From: a bacterium | Lineage (GTDB): Bacteria; Cyanobacteriota; Vampirovibrionia; Gastranaerophilales; Gastranaerophilaceae | DNA: 64,000 nucleotides | Direction of reading: 5' to 3' | Assembly (NCBI GenBank): GCA_017403285.1 | Contig: JAFQOI010000049.1 | Location: 1,288-65,287 of the forward strand | Shown: positions 28,884 through 38,920 of the stretch, piece by piece | Layout: each line of letters opens with the position of its first letter | Position numbering within the stretch: the stretch's first letter is position 1 | The notes under the pieces: model-generated | Seen by the model: the letters and a program-made list of their open reading frames with translations, nothing else | Told to the model about the DNA's origin: nothing | Database searches by the model: none | Program-made: the position numbers and the translations under genes

Positions 28884-30200
28884 TTAATTATCAATTAATA
28901 AGTTATTTATGTAATCTATTTTCAAATCAATTAATGAACAAATTTCATCAATAATAAAGTCTAAGACTTTATTTTCAGATGGTTTAATGTACCATCTAAA
29001 CGAATAATCTTTTGTTAACAAATTAAGAACATCATCTTTCTCAATTGAAATATCGCCAATTTCATTTTTCAATTCCGAATATATACTTGTATCAAAAGGT
29101 TCAATATCTTTAATCAAGGCATCCCAGCAAACAAATTCATAAGGAAGAACATTTTTATTTTTAACAGTAGTTTTAAAGGCATCATTTATTCTAGTTTTTG
29201 CGTATGATGGATGAATGCGATATTTTCCCTCTGACTTATAAAATTTTTCTATAACTCTAACGAGTTCATCTTTTGAAATATTATAAAAACCAAAACAATC
29301 AACTATTCCATATAAATCATTTGTAACTACGGCTGAAAGCATAAATTTTTCTGTAATTTTATTCATTCTAGATATAATAAATGCTTGATTACCATTACCA
29401 TCTGGCAAAGTTGTATAAAAAGATGCAGGAACAGTATCTTTTATAATATTTTTAAAATATTCTTGTGCTTTTTCTTCTGTAGCACCCGCGAACCTAAGTT
29501 TTTTCAATCCAAGTTTTGAAGCGTTAACAACTTCATTATTATCAGCAGTTTCCACTAAATAATTCAGTGGCGCAATTGCTAATGAAGATTTTGCATTAAC
29601 CAAAATTTCTATTGCTTTAAGTTTAAAATCATCATCAAATTTTGAATACAATATTGGATAAACAATGTTAGCTAGTTGATCACCTTGATAGTCAAACTCT
29701 AAGGACTGAAGCAAAATATTTCTATCTTTTTCCGCAACAGCAGATACAAAATCAAGGAAGTCAAGCATTGCTTCTGGGTTAAAAATTGCTTTTTCTAACA
29801 ATTTTTTAGTATCAGAATCAACGACATCTGTTGGATTTTCGAAATAATTTGGAATTACATTATAATCAAATTCACAATTTGTAATTCTTAACAACTGGAC
29901 TAATTTATATTTAGACTCATCAGAAAAATTTGAAGATTTTAACATATCAAAAACTGAGTTCATGATATATTCAGAATCTACTAATTCCTTAATCAAACAT
30001 CCAGTAAAAACAAATTCGTTTTCATTCATTTTAATATATTCTTTGACAAGAATATCAAAAATGGTATGTCGTTCATCAATAACCTCAAGTTCAGCACTAA
30101 ATTCCTTTAACTTTGCTTCATCATATTCTTGTAACATTTTGATTTGAGAAACAACTGAAAGAACTTTTGCTCTTATTTGAAGTTTGGACAATGCAACCAT
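28884..30200 (-). CDS. hypothetical protein (438 aa), helical-repeat-like
   Basis: Its start overlaps the stop of the ClpX-zinc-finger ORF by 1 nt. No catalytic motif recognised. Confidence 0.65.
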   Translation of the reverse strand: MVALSKLQIRAKVLSVVSQIKMLQEYDEAKLKEFSAELEVIDERHTIFDILVKEYIKMNENEFVFTGCLIKELVDSEYIMNSVFDMLKSSNFSDESKYKLVQLLRITNCEFDYNVIPNYFENPTDVVDSDTKKLLEKAIFNPEAMLDFLDFVSAVAEKDRNILLQSLEFDYQGDQLANIVYPILYSKFDDDFKLKAIEILVNAKSSLAIAPLNYLVETADNNEVVNASKLGLKKLRFAGATEEKAQEYFKNIIKDTVPASFYTTLPDGNGNQAFIISRMNKITEKFMLSAVVTNDLYGIVDCFGFYNISKDELVRVIEKFYKSEGKYRIHPSYAKTRINDAFKTTVKNKNVLPYEFVCWDALIKDIEPFDTSIYSELKNEIGDISIEKDDVLNLLTKDYSFRWYIKPSENKVLDFIIDEICSLIDLKIDYINNLLIDN

Positions 30201-30472
30201 TATTTAATTTTGCTCCAAAAAATATCTAAAATTTTTTGTGCTTCTGTAGATGGCAATTTATCTTCAAGAATCAAATATTGAACAGCAATCATTGTACATT
30301 CAGAACAGATATTAACGCCAGGACCTTGAACCATTTTGACAACTTGCGTATTTGGACGACCACAAAAACTACAATACACAGGCTCCTTTGTTTGAGTTTT
30401 TTCGTCTTGTGGTTGCTCTTTTGTTTTTTGTCTTGCGCTCTTTAAAGAGACAATTTTTTCAGAATCTGTCAT
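30200..30472 (-). CDS. stand-alone ClpX-type C4 zinc-finger protein
   Basis: VYCSFCGRPNTQVVKMVQGPGVNICSECTMIAVQYL closely follows the ClpX N-terminal zinc-binding domain (YCSFCGK...L..GP.V.ICDEC). There is no AAA+ module. Confidence 0.75.
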   Translation of the reverse strand: MTDSEKIVSLKSARQKTKEQPQDEKTQTKEPVYCSFCGRPNTQVVKMVQGPGVNICSECTMIAVQYLILEDKLPSTEAQKILDIFWSKIK

Positions 30473-30578
30473 TTGAAATCTCTTTTACATTATCTACACC
30501 AAATATTGTATACTATTTTAAAAATATTGCAAAATATTCACTTTGCATGTATATTGTTATTTCAGATGGGGGAGGATT

Positions 30579-31145
30579 ATGAAGAAAACATTATTGCTAC
30601 TAGCATTATTACTCATAGCCGTTATGACCACAGCCTGTATTAATAACTTTGCGGTTGAGGAACTAAACAACAAAGCCGTTAAGTACTTGGATAGTGGTGA
30701 TAGCGAGACAGCAATATGCAGATTAAAATCCAGCCTCGATTTAAACGAAGAATTTTATCAAACTCATTATAATTTGGCTATTGCATACAACTCTTTAGAA
30801 AACTATGAAGGAGCAATAAAAGAAGCCAATCGTGTTATAGAATTAAAACCCGATTTCCATGACGCAATATACGTTATGGCAGTTGCAAAAAACGAAATTG
30901 CTACAAAGATTTTAGACAAGCAACTGAACGAAGATGGCTCGAAGAAAGAACTTACAAAAGAAGAAATGACAGACTTCAATAATATTGCTTCAGAAGCTAT
31001 CGAATTATACAATGAATATATTGTAAAAAAAGTTAGTGCTCCAGATGAAAAACAAATAAATGATAGAATAGCCGAACTCAATGAAATTATAAAAGAGCAC
31101 ACATTCAAATTAGGAAAAACACAGACAGACTCTGTAACAGAATAA
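30579..31145 (+). CDS. TPR-repeat protein, secreted or possible lipoprotein
   Basis: The start is moved to MKKTLLLLALLLIAVMTTAC (signal with a Cys; imperfect lipobox). TPR-like YNLAIAYNSLENYEGAIKEANRVIELKPD is present. Confidence 0.7.
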   Translation: MKKTLLLLALLLIAVMTTACINNFAVEELNNKAVKYLDSGDSETAICRLKSSLDLNEEFYQTHYNLAIAYNSLENYEGAIKEANRVIELKPDFHDAIYVMAVAKNEIATKILDKQLNEDGSKKELTKEEMTDFNNIASEAIELYNEYIVKKVSAPDEKQINDRIAELNEIIKEHTFKLGKTQTDSVTE

Positions 31146-31148
31146 GAA

Positions 31149-31943
31149 ATGTTCACATCTCCCAACAAAATTGCTTTTAGTATTTTATCTTTAGATGTTC
31201 GTTGGTACGGAATAATTATGGCATTCGCAATTTTATGCGGTCTAATAGTTATTCTAGCGATTAGGAAAAAATATTACAAAGACATAAACGAGGAAAATAT
31301 TTTCGACATTACCCTTTTACTTATAATCGCAGGAATTATTGGAGCAAGAACATATTACGTAGTAATGGATTGGAATTATTTTCAATATCATTTAACAGAT
31401 ATTCCTTGTATTTGGCATGGTGGTATCTCTATACATGGCGCAATTATCACCGGAATCATTGCTTTCTTGATATATGCAAAAAAGAAAAAATTAAATTTTT
31501 TGAGATACGCAGATTTACTTTCATTTGGGCTTATAACAGGTCAAATAATAGGAAGATGGGGGAATTTTTTCAACTCTGAAGCTTTTGGACTACCTTGCGA
31601 TTTACCTTGGAAATTATTTATCCCAGTGGAATCAAGACCAATAGGATTTGAAAACTATCAATTTTTTCATCCAACTTTTTTGTACGAATCTTTAGCAAAT
31701 ATTATTATACTTTTGATAATGCTATCAACATTAAGAAAAAAAGAAGAAGAAAAAAAAGTAGGCGAAATATTTTATATATATCTTTTAGCATATTCATTTG
31801 TACGTTTATTTATTGAAGACTTAAGAATAGATAGTGTTCTAACATTCTATGGAACAATTCATATTGCCCATATTGCCTCATATTTATTATTCTTTATAGG
31901 GGCAATTAGTTACTGGAAGTTACATTCTACAAAAAAAGAATAA
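31149..31943 (+). CDS. lgt: prolipoprotein diacylglyceryl transferase
   Basis: It carries the GRWGNFFNSEAFG signature, the N-terminal I.WYGI motif and several TM helices. Confidence 0.92.
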   Translation: MFTSPNKIAFSILSLDVRWYGIIMAFAILCGLIVILAIRKKYYKDINEENIFDITLLLIIAGIIGARTYYVVMDWNYFQYHLTDIPCIWHGGISIHGAIITGIIAFLIYAKKKKLNFLRYADLLSFGLITGQIIGRWGNFFNSEAFGLPCDLPWKLFIPVESRPIGFENYQFFHPTFLYESLANIIILLIMLSTLRKKEEEKKVGEIFYIYLLAYSFVRLFIEDLRIDSVLTFYGTIHIAHIASYLLFFIGAISYWKLHSTKKE

Positions 31944-31962
31944 TTTGTTTTATAATTATAGA

Positions 31963-32622
31963 ATGAAGAAAAAACGTATAATATTCATTGAACTTATCAT
32001 ATGGTTATTGATTCTTATAGGTTGTTTTTATTTTTTTCTACACAAAACAACACTAAAGGATAATTCACATAACAGTTATTATTTGTTTTTTGACGATGCT
32101 GGTGGGCTGGTTAAAGGTTCTCCCGTTAGATTAATGGGCGTTACTGTTGGTTATGTCAGAGATGTTAAAATTTTTGACAACAAAGTTTTTGTTTCTTTTT
32201 TAGTCACAAAAGAAGATACAAACATTCCAAATAGTGCTTCTGCTACAATTGAATTTTACGGACTAGGTGGTTCAACTTCTCTTGAACTATCACAAAAAAC
32301 TGCATCTGAAACAGCAGAAAGAGAGTCAATAATTCCAGTTGAAACATATAGAATACAAGATTATTGGAGCGGTGCTGAATTAAGCTCAAATGTTTTAATA
32401 GACATCTATGGCTCAATAGGAAGAACTATTAATGCAACAAATATTCTTGACAATAAGGAATTATTAAAACAAAGCAAATTAATTGAAAAATTTACGAAAT
32501 TAGCAACAAAAGCAAATGATGATCAATCTGTAATAATTCATAAACTTACAGAATCAACTAAAGATTATTCAAGACAAATAGAAATTAATGAAAATGAAAC
32601 AACAGAGGTTCAAGATGAGTGA
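31963..32622 (+). CDS. MlaD/MCE-domain protein
   Basis: The start is moved to MKKKRIIF (TM anchor). FDDAGGLVKGSPVRLMGVTVGYVRDVKI is the MCE core. Confidence 0.75.
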   Translation: MKKKRIIFIELIIWLLILIGCFYFFLHKTTLKDNSHNSYYLFFDDAGGLVKGSPVRLMGVTVGYVRDVKIFDNKVFVSFLVTKEDTNIPNSASATIEFYGLGGSTSLELSQKTASETAERESIIPVETYRIQDYWSGAELSSNVLIDIYGSIGRTINATNILDNKELLKQSKLIEKFTKLATKANDDQSVIIHKLTESTKDYSRQIEINENETTEVQDE

Positions 32623-33277
32623 CTTTAAAAATGTATGCGTAGTAAACCATCCTTTATGCTGTCATAACCTAAGTATAATAAGGAATAAAGAAACAAGCGC
32701 CGAGGTATTCAGAAATGCGATTAGAAGAATAACCTATCTTCTATTTTATAAAGCTACAGAAGAACTTGAACTTGAAGCTATAAAAATAGAAACACCACTT
32801 GAAGTGTGTGAAGGAAAAACATTAAAAAGAAATAAAGAAATAATAATTGCACCAATTTTAAGGGCAGGATTAATTTTTTCTGATGTAGCAAATGAAATTA
32901 TGCCATTTGCCACAGTTAGACATATTGGTATGTATAGAGATGAAGATACATTGACTCCAGTTTGGTATTACAATAAAATTCCTGTTGAAGTTGAACATCC
33001 AGAAGATAAAATCATTCTCATCCTTGATCCAATGCTGGCGACAGGAAATTCCGCAATTGACTCAATAAAACTATTCACAAATAAAAAAGTACCACAGGAA
33101 AATATCAGATTTATAAGCTTGATAAGCGCACCAGAAGGACTAAGAAAAGTACAAGATGCATTTCCTAACGTAAAGATAATAACAGCAAGTATAGATAATT
33201 GCTTAAATGAACAAGGTTATATCAGACCAGGGCTTGGTGATGCTGGAGATAGAATATTTAATACGGTTGAAAATTAA
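32615..33277 (+). CDS. upp: uracil phosphoribosyltransferase
   Basis: The start is moved to MSDFKNVCVVNHPL. Motifs present are ILDPMLATGNSA (PRPP loop) and YIRPGLGDAGDR. Confidence 0.92.
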   Translation: MSDFKNVCVVNHPLCCHNLSIIRNKETSAEVFRNAIRRITYLLFYKATEELELEAIKIETPLEVCEGKTLKRNKEIIIAPILRAGLIFSDVANEIMPFATVRHIGMYRDEDTLTPVWYYNKIPVEVEHPEDKIILILDPMLATGNSAIDSIKLFTNKKVPQENIRFISLISAPEGLRKVQDAFPNVKIITASIDNCLNEQGYIRPGLGDAGDRIFNTVEN

Positions 33278-34026
33278 TGTTCTATTTTGACAATTTTTAC
33301 GGAAAGAAAATCTTAAAATCGTCATTACTAAACGATTGTGACTGCTTTTTTACAACAAGAGAATTTCCTTTAACAAAAGGATCTCTTGATTCTATAGAAT
33401 TAGAATGCAATAACAATCGAATATTTATGCAAAATAAATTAAACATAAAAAGTTTAAAAACGGCCAAGCAAGTTCATGGAGAAAATATAGAAATAGTTTC
33501 AGATGAAAAAGATTTTTATGACAATACTGATGCCCTAATATCTAACATTCCAAATTCAACCCTTATTCTAAACTTTGCAGATTGCGTTCCAATCATACTT
33601 TATAGTGAGAAAGACAACACCGGAAGTATAATACATGCAGGTTGGCGAGGATGCGCAAAAGAAATTGCAGCAAAAACTGTTGAAAAAATGAAAAAGGAAT
33701 TAAATATTAATCCAAAAGATATAATAGCAATAATTGGACCATCAATTGGGAAATGCTGTTTTGAAACGGATGAAGATGTCTTTTTACAACTAATAAAAGA
33801 TAAAACAAAAAAAGACATATATGCGCAAAAAGGTAATAAATACTATATTGATTTAAAAATGTTAAATAAATATCAACTATTAGAAAAAGATGTACACAAC
33901 ATTGATATATCTGACTATTGCACATGCTGTATGTCTGATATATTTTTTTCATATAGAAAAGAAAATGGAATAACAGCTAGGCACTCGGCTGTTTTGAAAA
34001 TAAAAGGGGATAAAAAATGTCAGTAA
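33277..34026 (+). CDS. pgeF: peptidoglycan editing factor PgeF (YfiH/DUF152, laccase-domain protein)
   Basis: Family signatures QVHG, FADCVPIILY, HAGWRG and CTCC are present. Confidence 0.88.
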   Translation: MFYFDNFYGKKILKSSLLNDCDCFFTTREFPLTKGSLDSIELECNNNRIFMQNKLNIKSLKTAKQVHGENIEIVSDEKDFYDNTDALISNIPNSTLILNFADCVPIILYSEKDNTGSIIHAGWRGCAKEIAAKTVEKMKKELNINPKDIIAIIGPSIGKCCFETDEDVFLQLIKDKTKKDIYAQKGNKYYIDLKMLNKYQLLEKDVHNIDISDYCTCCMSDIFFSYRKENGITARHSAVLKIKGDKKCQ

Positions 34027-35324
34027 TAGAAAAATTATCAGTAATCTCAGATACAATTACAAAGGTTATGAATTTTGTTCTAACAAATGAGATTGTAAGG
34101 CCAGATTTTGATGAATATCTATCCGCATTATCCGCACAAAACGTTGATGCAGGAAGGATGCAGGCACTTTTAATCCCATACATTGCAGAAAGAAGACTAA
34201 CTAAAGAAAGAAAGTCTGTTGTAACAATTTATCGTGAAAACGTAGAAAACATATCTGCTGATGAACAAGAAATACTAGAAGGACTATCACAATCTTTCTC
34301 AAGTGTATTTGAAATAAGAAGAGTTTTAAGTAGCGGATTTGAGTTTTATAGCCTCATTAATGAAATGATGTATAAGGTTCTATCTTTAGTAAAAATGAAC
34401 AACTATAGAGGAATAACTCCAAGTCAATATGCTGTATGTAGAATTTTCCCCTATAGAAATGAATATTATTTACTTGAAATATCAAATGTTGTTTCAAGCA
34501 TAAACAAGGATGAGGTGTACAAATATGCTGTTGCAAAAATAATTGAAAGACCAGAAGATGCTTATGAAAACAATCCTAAAAAATTAAAACAAATTGAAGA
34601 ATTAGTTAATGATTTTGGGAAAAAATTCAAAGAATGTTTTGGAACAAATGAAGTTATAACAACAAATTTATATGCGGATAACATTATAAACTTATTTAAT
34701 ATATACTGTGATGAAGGGATTATGCCGGAAAAGCAGGAAATTGAAGAAAATATCAAGCAAATTGACAATAACAGATATTTTACAGTATCTGATTTTAAAA
34801 ATTCCTATTCAACCTTTATGGAAAAATCATTGGAAGGATTTTCTTCTCACTCATCAACATATGACATAGGAATCATTTATGATGATGAATTGGGACTTTT
34901 TGTTATTCCTTTCTATCAAACATTTGGGAAAATTTTTGAAGCCGAAGACTACAAAACAATTCAAGGTTATAAAGATTGCATTAAAAATTTCTTAGAAAAT
35001 GATAAAGTACCTGCAAATATAATTAAAAAACTTGCGAATAGATACTCTAATTTTGCAGAAAGAATAAACAAAATATTAGAAACAAATTATACACTTGATT
35101 CAATACTAAACCATTACAAAGCAGATTCTATAGAAAAGAAAATATTTTCCTCTGCAAGTGTTCTATACGCATCTAAAGCTTTTGAACAAATAATGACTAC
35201 CGTTAGCAAAAAAGAAGAAAACAAAACAGATGAAGAAATAGATTATACTAATATCGGTAGAAATGACAAATGTCCTTGCGGAAGCGGTAAAAAATTTAAA
35301 AACTGCTGTATGGATAAAATATAA
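34017..35324 (+). CDS. SEC-C motif protein of unknown function
   Basis: The C-terminal GRNDKCPCGSGKKFKNCC is a SEC-C metal-binding motif. The remaining ~410 aa are unrecognised. It overlaps pgeF by 10 nt. Confidence 0.7.
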   Translation: MSVIEKLSVISDTITKVMNFVLTNEIVRPDFDEYLSALSAQNVDAGRMQALLIPYIAERRLTKERKSVVTIYRENVENISADEQEILEGLSQSFSSVFEIRRVLSSGFEFYSLINEMMYKVLSLVKMNNYRGITPSQYAVCRIFPYRNEYYLLEISNVVSSINKDEVYKYAVAKIIERPEDAYENNPKKLKQIEELVNDFGKKFKECFGTNEVITTNLYADNIINLFNIYCDEGIMPEKQEIEENIKQIDNNRYFTVSDFKNSYSTFMEKSLEGFSSHSSTYDIGIIYDDELGLFVIPFYQTFGKIFEAEDYKTIQGYKDCIKNFLENDKVPANIIKKLANRYSNFAERINKILETNYTLDSILNHYKADSIEKKIFSSASVLYASKAFEQIMTTVSKKEENKTDEEIDYTNIGRNDKCPCGSGKKFKNCCMDKI

Positions 35325-35326
35325 AT

Positions 35327-35971
35327 TTAATTTTTGTTTTGTTCATAAAAATTGCAATAATTTTGCAACAAACAATTTGGGCAGTTTGGTTTTGTAGGTT
35401 TACATACATTTTGACCTAATGTCACAAAAAGTGTATTAATCTCAGACCAAGATTTTTTTGGCAATTTAGATTTTAAAGCAAATTCGGTTTCTTCTGGTTC
35501 TTTCGTTGAAACAAGTCCTAATCTATTAGAAATCCTATGAACATGTACATCAACGCAAATACTTGGCAAGCCATACCCTTTGGATTGAACTAGGTTTGCA
35601 GTTTTTCTTCCAACACCTTTAAACTTAATAAGTTCTTCTATTTCTTTGGGAACTACGCTTTTATGTTGATAATAAAGTTCATAAGCAATATCGAGTATTT
35701 GCTTCGCCTTATTTTTATAGAATCCAACTGGATATATTGCATTTTCTAAATCTTCTAATTTTACATTTAAAAACTCTTTTGGCGTTTTACCCAGTTTCAG
35801 CATTCTCATTGTTGCGGGATAAGTAGTTTTATCGTTTGTTCTTAATGAAAGAATACAACTAATCAAAACAATAAAAGGGTCATGAATATCCTCCATAAAC
35901 TGAACAAATTCAGTTTGTGGTAAATTCATATCCTTAATTCCTTGAATTATTTTTTCAAAGTTGTTAACCAT
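35327..35971 (-). CDS. nth: endonuclease III
   Basis: It has HhH-GPD (FKGVGRKTANLV, VDVHVHR) and the Fe-S cluster loop CKPTKPNCPNCLLQNYC. Confidence 0.9.
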   Translation of the reverse strand: MVNNFEKIIQGIKDMNLPQTEFVQFMEDIHDPFIVLISCILSLRTNDKTTYPATMRMLKLGKTPKEFLNVKLEDLENAIYPVGFYKNKAKQILDIAYELYYQHKSVVPKEIEELIKFKGVGRKTANLVQSKGYGLPSICVDVHVHRISNRLGLVSTKEPEETEFALKSKLPKKSWSEINTLFVTLGQNVCKPTKPNCPNCLLQNYCNFYEQNKN

Positions 35972-36031
35972 ATTTAAATATTAACAGAAAATCGTGTTTC
36001 ATAGTAAAATAATGAAAAAGGGAAATCTATA

Positions 36032-37120
36032 ATGCCAAAATATAAAAGTTGTCACAGCATAGAAGGAGAATTGTTTTTTAATCACTTGAACAAAATTGGG
36101 TACTGTTCAATGCTGACCCCAAATGGAGGACAACCAACATTATATGAAAACTATACCGGCGAAATTATTAATTGGGATGAATTTTTTGAAAAAAGAGATG
36201 CAGACATTGAACTTATAAAAAACAATTCTTGTCCAACGGCTTGCAACGGATGTTTATGGATAAAAGAATTTGATTGGGAAGAGAGAAAAAAAGAATTCAG
36301 ATACATTCTTATCAACATTTGGGTCAAATGCAATTTAAAATGTATTTACTGTTCTAATCATAAAGACACTTATGTTATTGAAAATACAAAACCATACAAT
36401 ATCGTACCAGTATTGAAAGACATGATAGAAAAGGGATTTATTACAGAAAACACAAAAATTGATATTGCTGGCGGAGAATCCACTCTAGATCCGCATTTTA
36501 ATGAACTTATTGAGCTTTTAATTGAAAGTAAAATAAAGAACATAAACATAAACACAAACGCAGTAAATTATTCTGATGCGATTACAAATGGAATAAAAAA
36601 AGGATTTGTATCAATAATCACATCTGTTGATGCAGGAAATGCAAAAAGTTTTGAATACATAAAAAAAGCAAATCAATTTAAAAATGTTTGGCAGCATTTA
36701 AAACTTTATGCAAAAGCAAAAGAAAATTCTAATTCGAATACGGTAAGGGCAAAATACATTGTTATTCCAACTATTAACGATACAAAAAGAGAAATAAAAA
36801 GTTTCCTATTAAAAGCGAAAAAAATGGGAGTACAAGGAGTAATATATAGTACCGATTTACATTGGGTATTACATAATCCAAACGACAAAAAAACTATGAT
36901 AAAGACAATTAATCTTGCAAAATATTTTATAAAAATAAGTACACTTCTAAATCTTAATTGGCAAATATGGGCGCATGTTGAAGACCTTATCAAAAGATAC
37001 AATTTAATTGAAGAAAAAAATAAAATTGATATTGATTTCATTTTTAATAAAGAATTGTATAAAAATGAAGATTTTCCAATTTTAAAATTTCTTCTAAATC
37101 TTCAAAGTAAAATAGCGTAA
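36032..37120 (+). CDS. radical SAM enzyme with N-terminal Cys-rich extension (paralog of 19555..20535)
   Basis: Motifs present are CxxxCxxC (CNLKCIYC), IAGGES and NTNA. The N-terminal extension carries SC...YC...CPTACNGC. It can be aligned block by block with the other copy. Confidence 0.8.
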   Translation: MPKYKSCHSIEGELFFNHLNKIGYCSMLTPNGGQPTLYENYTGEIINWDEFFEKRDADIELIKNNSCPTACNGCLWIKEFDWEERKKEFRYILINIWVKCNLKCIYCSNHKDTYVIENTKPYNIVPVLKDMIEKGFITENTKIDIAGGESTLDPHFNELIELLIESKIKNININTNAVNYSDAITNGIKKGFVSIITSVDAGNAKSFEYIKKANQFKNVWQHLKLYAKAKENSNSNTVRAKYIVIPTINDTKREIKSFLLKAKKMGVQGVIYSTDLHWVLHNPNDKKTMIKTINLAKYFIKISTLLNLNWQIWAHVEDLIKRYNLIEEKNKIDIDFIFNKELYKNEDFPILKFLLNLQSKIA

Positions 37121-37193
37121 CAAATCAGTTTGTTTAAGTAATTTTTGTTATAATAGCAAATATAATAATACTCAAAGAAATTGGAATAATAAA

Positions 37194-38375
37194 ATGTTTG
37201 AAAAATTTTACACAGAAAGAATAAAAAAGACACCATCATCATTTATTAGAGAAATTTTGAAAGTGACACAAAATCCTGAAATCATATCGTTTGCTGGTGG
37301 ACTTCCAAATCCAATTTCTTTTCCACAAGAAGAACTAAAAGTTTCTATGAATAGGATTGCTGATAAATTCGGAGCAAAAATCTATCAATATTCAACAACC
37401 ACTGGTTTAGACAGCCTAAGACAATTCATTGTTGATAAGTACAGAAGAGTTCATAATATGGACATAACAATCGATAATGTAATCATAACAACAGGTTCAC
37501 AACAAGCACTTGATTTAATTGGGAAAGTTCTTGTTGATGAAGGGGACAAGGTTATGCTTGAAAATCCATCATATTTGGGTTTAATTCAGGCATTCTGCGT
37601 ATATGGCGCAGATTTTATACAAACAAAACTTGATGATGATGGATTAAATATTGAAGAATTAAAAAAAACAATAAAAGAACATAAACCAAAAATTGCATAT
37701 CTAATTCCAAACTTCCAAAATCCAACAGGTTTAACATATACAAAAGAAAATCGTGAAAAAGTTTTTGAATGTATAAAAGATGAAGATATGATATTAATAC
37801 AAGATGACCCATATGGAGAATTAAGATTCAGTGATGATGAAAGAATACCATATATAGGGGTAAATCAGGGCAAGAAAAACATTTATCTTGGTTCTTTTTC
37901 AAAAATAGTAACACCAGGGATGAGATTAGGTTATCTCATTGCAGATAAAGAAATAATTAGAATAATTGAAACGGCTAAGCAAGCAGCCGATTTACATTCT
38001 AACATTTTTGCACAATATTTAATTTCAGATTATTTAGAAAATAATGATTTAGATTTACATATAGAAAAAATCAAAAAACTATATAAAGAACAAGCAGGAG
38101 CAATGGTAGATGCAATGCGAGAGTTCTTCCCATCTGACATAAAATATACTATTCCAAAAGGTGGGATGTTTACTTGGGTAACACTAAAAGAGAATGCTGA
38201 TGTTATGCAACTATTTGATAGAGCAATAGAAAAGAAAGTCGCATTTGTTCCTGGTCATCCTTTCTATGTAAAACCAGAAAATATTAACACCTTAAGATTA
38301 AACTATACAAACGCAGATTGTGAAACGATAAAAGAGGGAATAAAGAGATTATCCGAAGCAATAAAAGAATTATAA
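37194..38375 (+). CDS. PLP-dependent aminotransferase, class I/II (2-aminoadipate/aromatic type)
   Basis: SFSKIVTPGMRLGY contains the PLP lysine. FIREILKV...ISFAGGLPNP and NFQNPTG are typical of the family. Confidence 0.82.
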   Translation: MFEKFYTERIKKTPSSFIREILKVTQNPEIISFAGGLPNPISFPQEELKVSMNRIADKFGAKIYQYSTTTGLDSLRQFIVDKYRRVHNMDITIDNVIITTGSQQALDLIGKVLVDEGDKVMLENPSYLGLIQAFCVYGADFIQTKLDDDGLNIEELKKTIKEHKPKIAYLIPNFQNPTGLTYTKENREKVFECIKDEDMILIQDDPYGELRFSDDERIPYIGVNQGKKNIYLGSFSKIVTPGMRLGYLIADKEIIRIIETAKQAADLHSNIFAQYLISDYLENNDLDLHIEKIKKLYKEQAGAMVDAMREFFPSDIKYTIPKGGMFTWVTLKENADVMQLFDRAIEKKVAFVPGHPFYVKPENINTLRLNYTNADCETIKEGIKRLSEAIKEL

Positions 38376-38408
38376 AAAAAGGCGACTTTTGATAAGTCGC
38401 CTTTTTTG
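38375..38408. terminator. bidirectional intrinsic terminator
   Basis: aaaaaaaggcgactt-ttgat-aagtcgcctttttt lies between convergent genes. Confidence 0.75.
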
Positions 38409-38420
38409 TACCATTAAAAT

Positions 38421-38771
38421 TTATTCTTGAGATTCTTTAGAACTAACAAATTTAGATGCAAGCGCAACAACTGCTGCGGCCGCTGTTACAACAACACCTA
38501 AAAATGCACTTTTTTTAATCTTATCAGAATTTTTCAAAATAAAGTTTTGTATTTTATGGCTAGATGCCCATAACTTTGAACCTTTTTCTTCAACTTTTTT
38601 ATAGATTTCTGCTTGTTTTTCAGCAGGTAAAAACTGATCCATCTTATTATGAGCGGTCCAAATTCTATCAATTATAAAATTATCTTTTCTTTTTTGTATA
38701 CTTTCTGTAAGTTTAGTTCCGAAGTTATACGCTGCTTCTTGCACTCTTGCTTTTAAATATAAGTCTCTCAT
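38421..38771 (-). CDS. hypothetical tail-anchored protein (116 aa)
   Basis: It has a helical charged N-terminal part and a single C-terminal hydrophobic helix (AFLGVVVTAAAAVVALASKFV). Confidence 0.55.
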   Translation of the reverse strand: MRDLYLKARVQEAAYNFGTKLTESIQKRKDNFIIDRIWTAHNKMDQFLPAEKQAEIYKKVEEKGSKLWASSHKIQNFILKNSDKIKKSAFLGVVVTAAAAVVALASKFVSSKESQE

Positions 38772-38867
38772 AAAAAATTCCTTACTTTATACGGATTAAC
38801 TGTTAATATAAGTTATCTTAATATTTTTTTTGCTGTTTGTAACCTCTTTTATTAACAAAAATTAATA

Positions 38868-38896
38868 TTACAAAAAATATTAAAAATAGTTATAAA
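38868..38896 (+). promoter_or_regulatory. candidate sigma-70 promoter of the kor operon
   Basis: TTACAA, 17 nt, TATAAA, lying 25 nt upstream of the start codon region. An SD (AGAGGAAAG) follows. Confidence 0.4.
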
Positions 38897-38920
38897 ATTA
38901 AAAAAGAGGAAAGTATTTTA

